A stretch of 37,970 nt of DNA, taken from positions 1-37,970 of the forward strand of contig RBNJ01000172.1 of the NCBI GenBank assembly GCA_003990765.1, read 5' to 3'. The stretch's first letter is position 1, and the number at the start of each line of letters is the position of its first letter. A program made the position numbers and the translations under genes. Below, piece by piece: positions 35,301 through 37,970 of the stretch. The notes under the pieces are model-generated. The model was given only the letters and a program-made list of their open reading frames with translations, had not been told where the DNA came from and ran no database searches. The stretch is from Jimgerdemannia flammicorona (taxonomy: Eukaryota).

Positions 35301-37970
35301 TTATCTAGTAGGGAGGAATTGAGATGCCAATGTCCAGGCCCATCCCCACTCCCCCAAAATGTCTCTGCCCCAAAAGCCCCCAATGATCTGACCAAGGACA
35401 CCATTCCACCTCCAGTGACTTCCAAACATCCAGGCTCCAGCAGCTGGCCATTAGAATCCAATCAATCCTTGTCCCCAGGCCCCCAGCTCAGTGTGTGTAT
35501 ACCTTTCTATTCCCCCAACCTTCCCTACCTATATCCACCAGAGTACTAAGTCATTCCACTTCCTCCCATACTGCCAGTCCTCCACTCTACCCCACAGCAC
35601 CTCATCCTCCATCAGTTCTATCTCTCAATATGTCTTGGATCATATTGAAATCTCTACCCAGCACATCTACCTCAACCTCTGCAAGAATCCCACTCTCCTA
35701 TAGGCCCATTACCCAGGTCACCTGCTCGCCCCATACTGCAGGGCAGTAACAGGAGCCCACCATGACTGGCTCCCAACCTGCACATATCTACTCTCCTCAG
35801 ATCAATCTATCTCCCTAGCTCTACACATCCTGTATCTCCCCTCTGCCCTTCCATACCAGAATTCCAACCTTGTCCTTCCAAACTGCCTTACCTCCCCACT
35901 CCTTTATCCATTCCAGTCTATCCAAGTCATCCTCACATCTGACATCCTGCAAGAGGAAAAGATCAGCCTCCAATTCCTTCAGCCAAGTAAAAATGTTTTT
36001 ACATTGATAAGCGCCCCATAACTCATTCACATTCAAAGAAAAAATGTTGGTTATACTATTCATAAGAGAAATTATATAGTTTCAGATGCATCCTCTACTG
36101 CTTCATATCCACTTCCTCTTGTGCCCTGTCCAGGTTGTACTCAGCAGTAGCTTCAGCTTCCTCAATCCTCTTAGCCTCTAATTTAGCCAGGATTTCAGCC
36201 ATCTCCCCATTCTCCTTTTCCTCAAACTCCTCACAGTACTCCAAACAAGCCTCCTGCCAGAGCTGTAGCCTATGCCTCTTAGTCCAACAGTGGGCAGCCC
36301 GCTCACCCACCACAATTGCCAGCGCAGCTTCCCTCTCCTTATCTACCTCATACCTCTCCTCCTCCAAGTATACTGCCAGAATCTCTGCCTTTAATGCCAC
36401 CTTCACTCCATCATCTTGCAGGATCCTTGCCCAATGCTCATCACTCATCACTTAAAGGTTGACTTCCCCCAGCTCTTCTACTGCCAAGTTGTTCATCATC
36501 TGGCATACCCATAGCAAGTTTCCCACCTCCTTCCCTTCTGGGGTCACTGGCCTCCCTCCATCCAGCATTATAGTATCAGCCCCCATACTGGCCAACTCAT
36601 TCCATCCCTCCTCCAGGACATCCACCAATTCCTCTTCTCCAGTTGCCTCTACCAATTCCCCCTTCTCTACATTTAGGACTCCAAAGCGTACCTGCTGAGT
36701 ACCACACATCAGCACATTCTCCACCACTCTACCTCTCACCACTAGACCCCTTCTGATAAGGGGGGAGGGTGAAGGTGAATTCTCCCAGGTTTCCTCCCAA
36801 ACCTCCAGTGTACCATCTTCATATGAATTCTTGCTCAGTACCTTTATGGCCTCCACCTGCCCCCTCTCCTCATTCCATCTACTACTAGTAGCCCAGACAC
36901 TCACCTCAGTATCTCTGGTAGTTACACTATCACCTGCCTTCCTTGTTGCCTCCACCTCCATTTTCACCAACAATTCCCTCTGCCTTCTATGCCCTTGGGA
37001 CCTCTCCTATACCTCCTTGTTATATAGACCCACTTTCCTCCAACCACCTCAAGATGCATCACTGCCTCAAATACTTTCCATGCTTTTGCCCTTCTCTCAA
37101 CCACTCCACTTAACTCCTCCAGCACCTCCAGCAAATTCTCCTCCTCCTTCTTACTCCCCTTTACTCTCATCACCTTGCACAAGATAGCTCTCCACACTAT
37201 TACTGAGGGCCAGTCCCAAGCCTTCCCAGTAGCCTTCCACCCAGCCAGCTGAATCCTGATGTCAACATCTCCTGTCTGAAGAGAGGTTCCTTCCCATACT
37301 CTGAACCCAATATCAACTACCTCTCCATACTCTGCTACATATAATCTCCTCAACTCTCTTCCTTATCTCTACAGTAGTAACAGTGGAAACTCCTTTCACT
37401 AGAAGCTGCACTACTCTTGGGTCCCACTGCAGGTATCTTACCATCAGTATGTATACTTCGCCCACTTTCATTCCAGTCTTCAAAGCCTCCTCTAGTGGCC
37501 CAGCCTCCTCAAATTTCACCTTCACCCCTTCTAAGCCCTTCAGGAACTTAACTGATGCTGCCCCACTCATCTGCTTCACAATCAGCCCCAGAACTATTTT
37601 TGCCATCACTGCCAAGCCCTGGAAACACATCATGACTACAAATTCTGAGATTGACTTCTTGAGTAATGGAACCACTGCCAGTCTCATTATACATACCATC
37701 TACTAGATCCCTGGGCCTCATACTCTTCTCACCACTTGGCTCACCATCAGCAGTCCCATCTAGATTTTTTTCCAGATTGCCCATCACACCCCCATCAGCA
37801 GTCTCTGCCCCAGCTGCTACCCCCCTAACTCCACCCCTATGGCCCTCCAGAGAGGTACCCCCAAGGGGTTGCTGCCTAGTAGCCCTCACCGGCACCTTCC
37901 CCCCCCTCAGCCAGCTCTCCAGTCCAGCTCCCTGCTGACCCCCCTTCACCTTCTCTGCAAAGCTCACTCT
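32328..37970 (-). mobile_element. Near full-length degenerate non-LTR retrotransposon (L1/Tx1-like LINE): ORF1 ~36095-37967, ORF2 from 36063 (APE endonuclease, RT, Cys-rich C-terminus), poly(A) tail
   Basis: SLNVN...LQD (APE); PGEDGL, NWRPIMLL.D.K, QWGFV.G, GVSQGDLLSPILY, FADD (33944-33955), GGLRL, CEEC..EHWLGEC. AATAAA at 32367-32372 (- strand) precedes an 18-nt poly(A) at 32328-32345 that abuts gypsy sequence. Confidence 0.95.

Noticed and set aside
1..37970. CRISPR arrays, tRNA or rRNA genes
   Set aside because: No regularly spaced repeat-spacer units, cloverleaf or rRNA signatures were seen by eye; tRNAscan-SE/Infernal would be needed to exclude small RNAs.

Overview
Eukaryotic, intron-containing fungal genomic DNA. 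Gene style and repeat content suggest an early-diverging Mucoromycota such as Endogonales; this assignment is inference. A CpG-rich gene island (~8.9-24.4 kb) carries lipoyl synthase (LIP5), a Yip1-domain gene (YIP4/YIPF6-like), an intronless hypothetical gene, ALG12, a type II NADH dehydrogenase, a STEEP1/CXorf56 homolog, a five-exon gene with a SPIDR (DUF4502)-like C-terminus and a Crinkler-type PD-(D/E)xK pseudogene fragment. It sits between CpG-depleted, transition-riddled repeat blocks. The left block has a chromodomain Ty3/gypsy element and a solo LTR, both nested in a Sola-like DNA transposase. It also has a ~1.5 kb intronless, operon-like segment resembling Mollicutes-related endobacterium (MRE, Ca. 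Moeniiplasma) genes, directly upstream of LIP5. The right block has a hAT-like MITE and two convergent copies of one Ty3/gypsy family with an extra 3' ORF; the longer copy also encodes a dUTPase and is interrupted by a poly(A)-tailed L1/Tx1-like LINE. Top candidates are the putative endobacterium-to-nucleus DNA transfer, RIP-like CpA>TpA decay in a lineage without canonical RIP, the fungal SPIDR-like gene and the dUTPase + accessory-ORF retrotransposon. Family calls come from manual translation and remembered motifs, not database searches.
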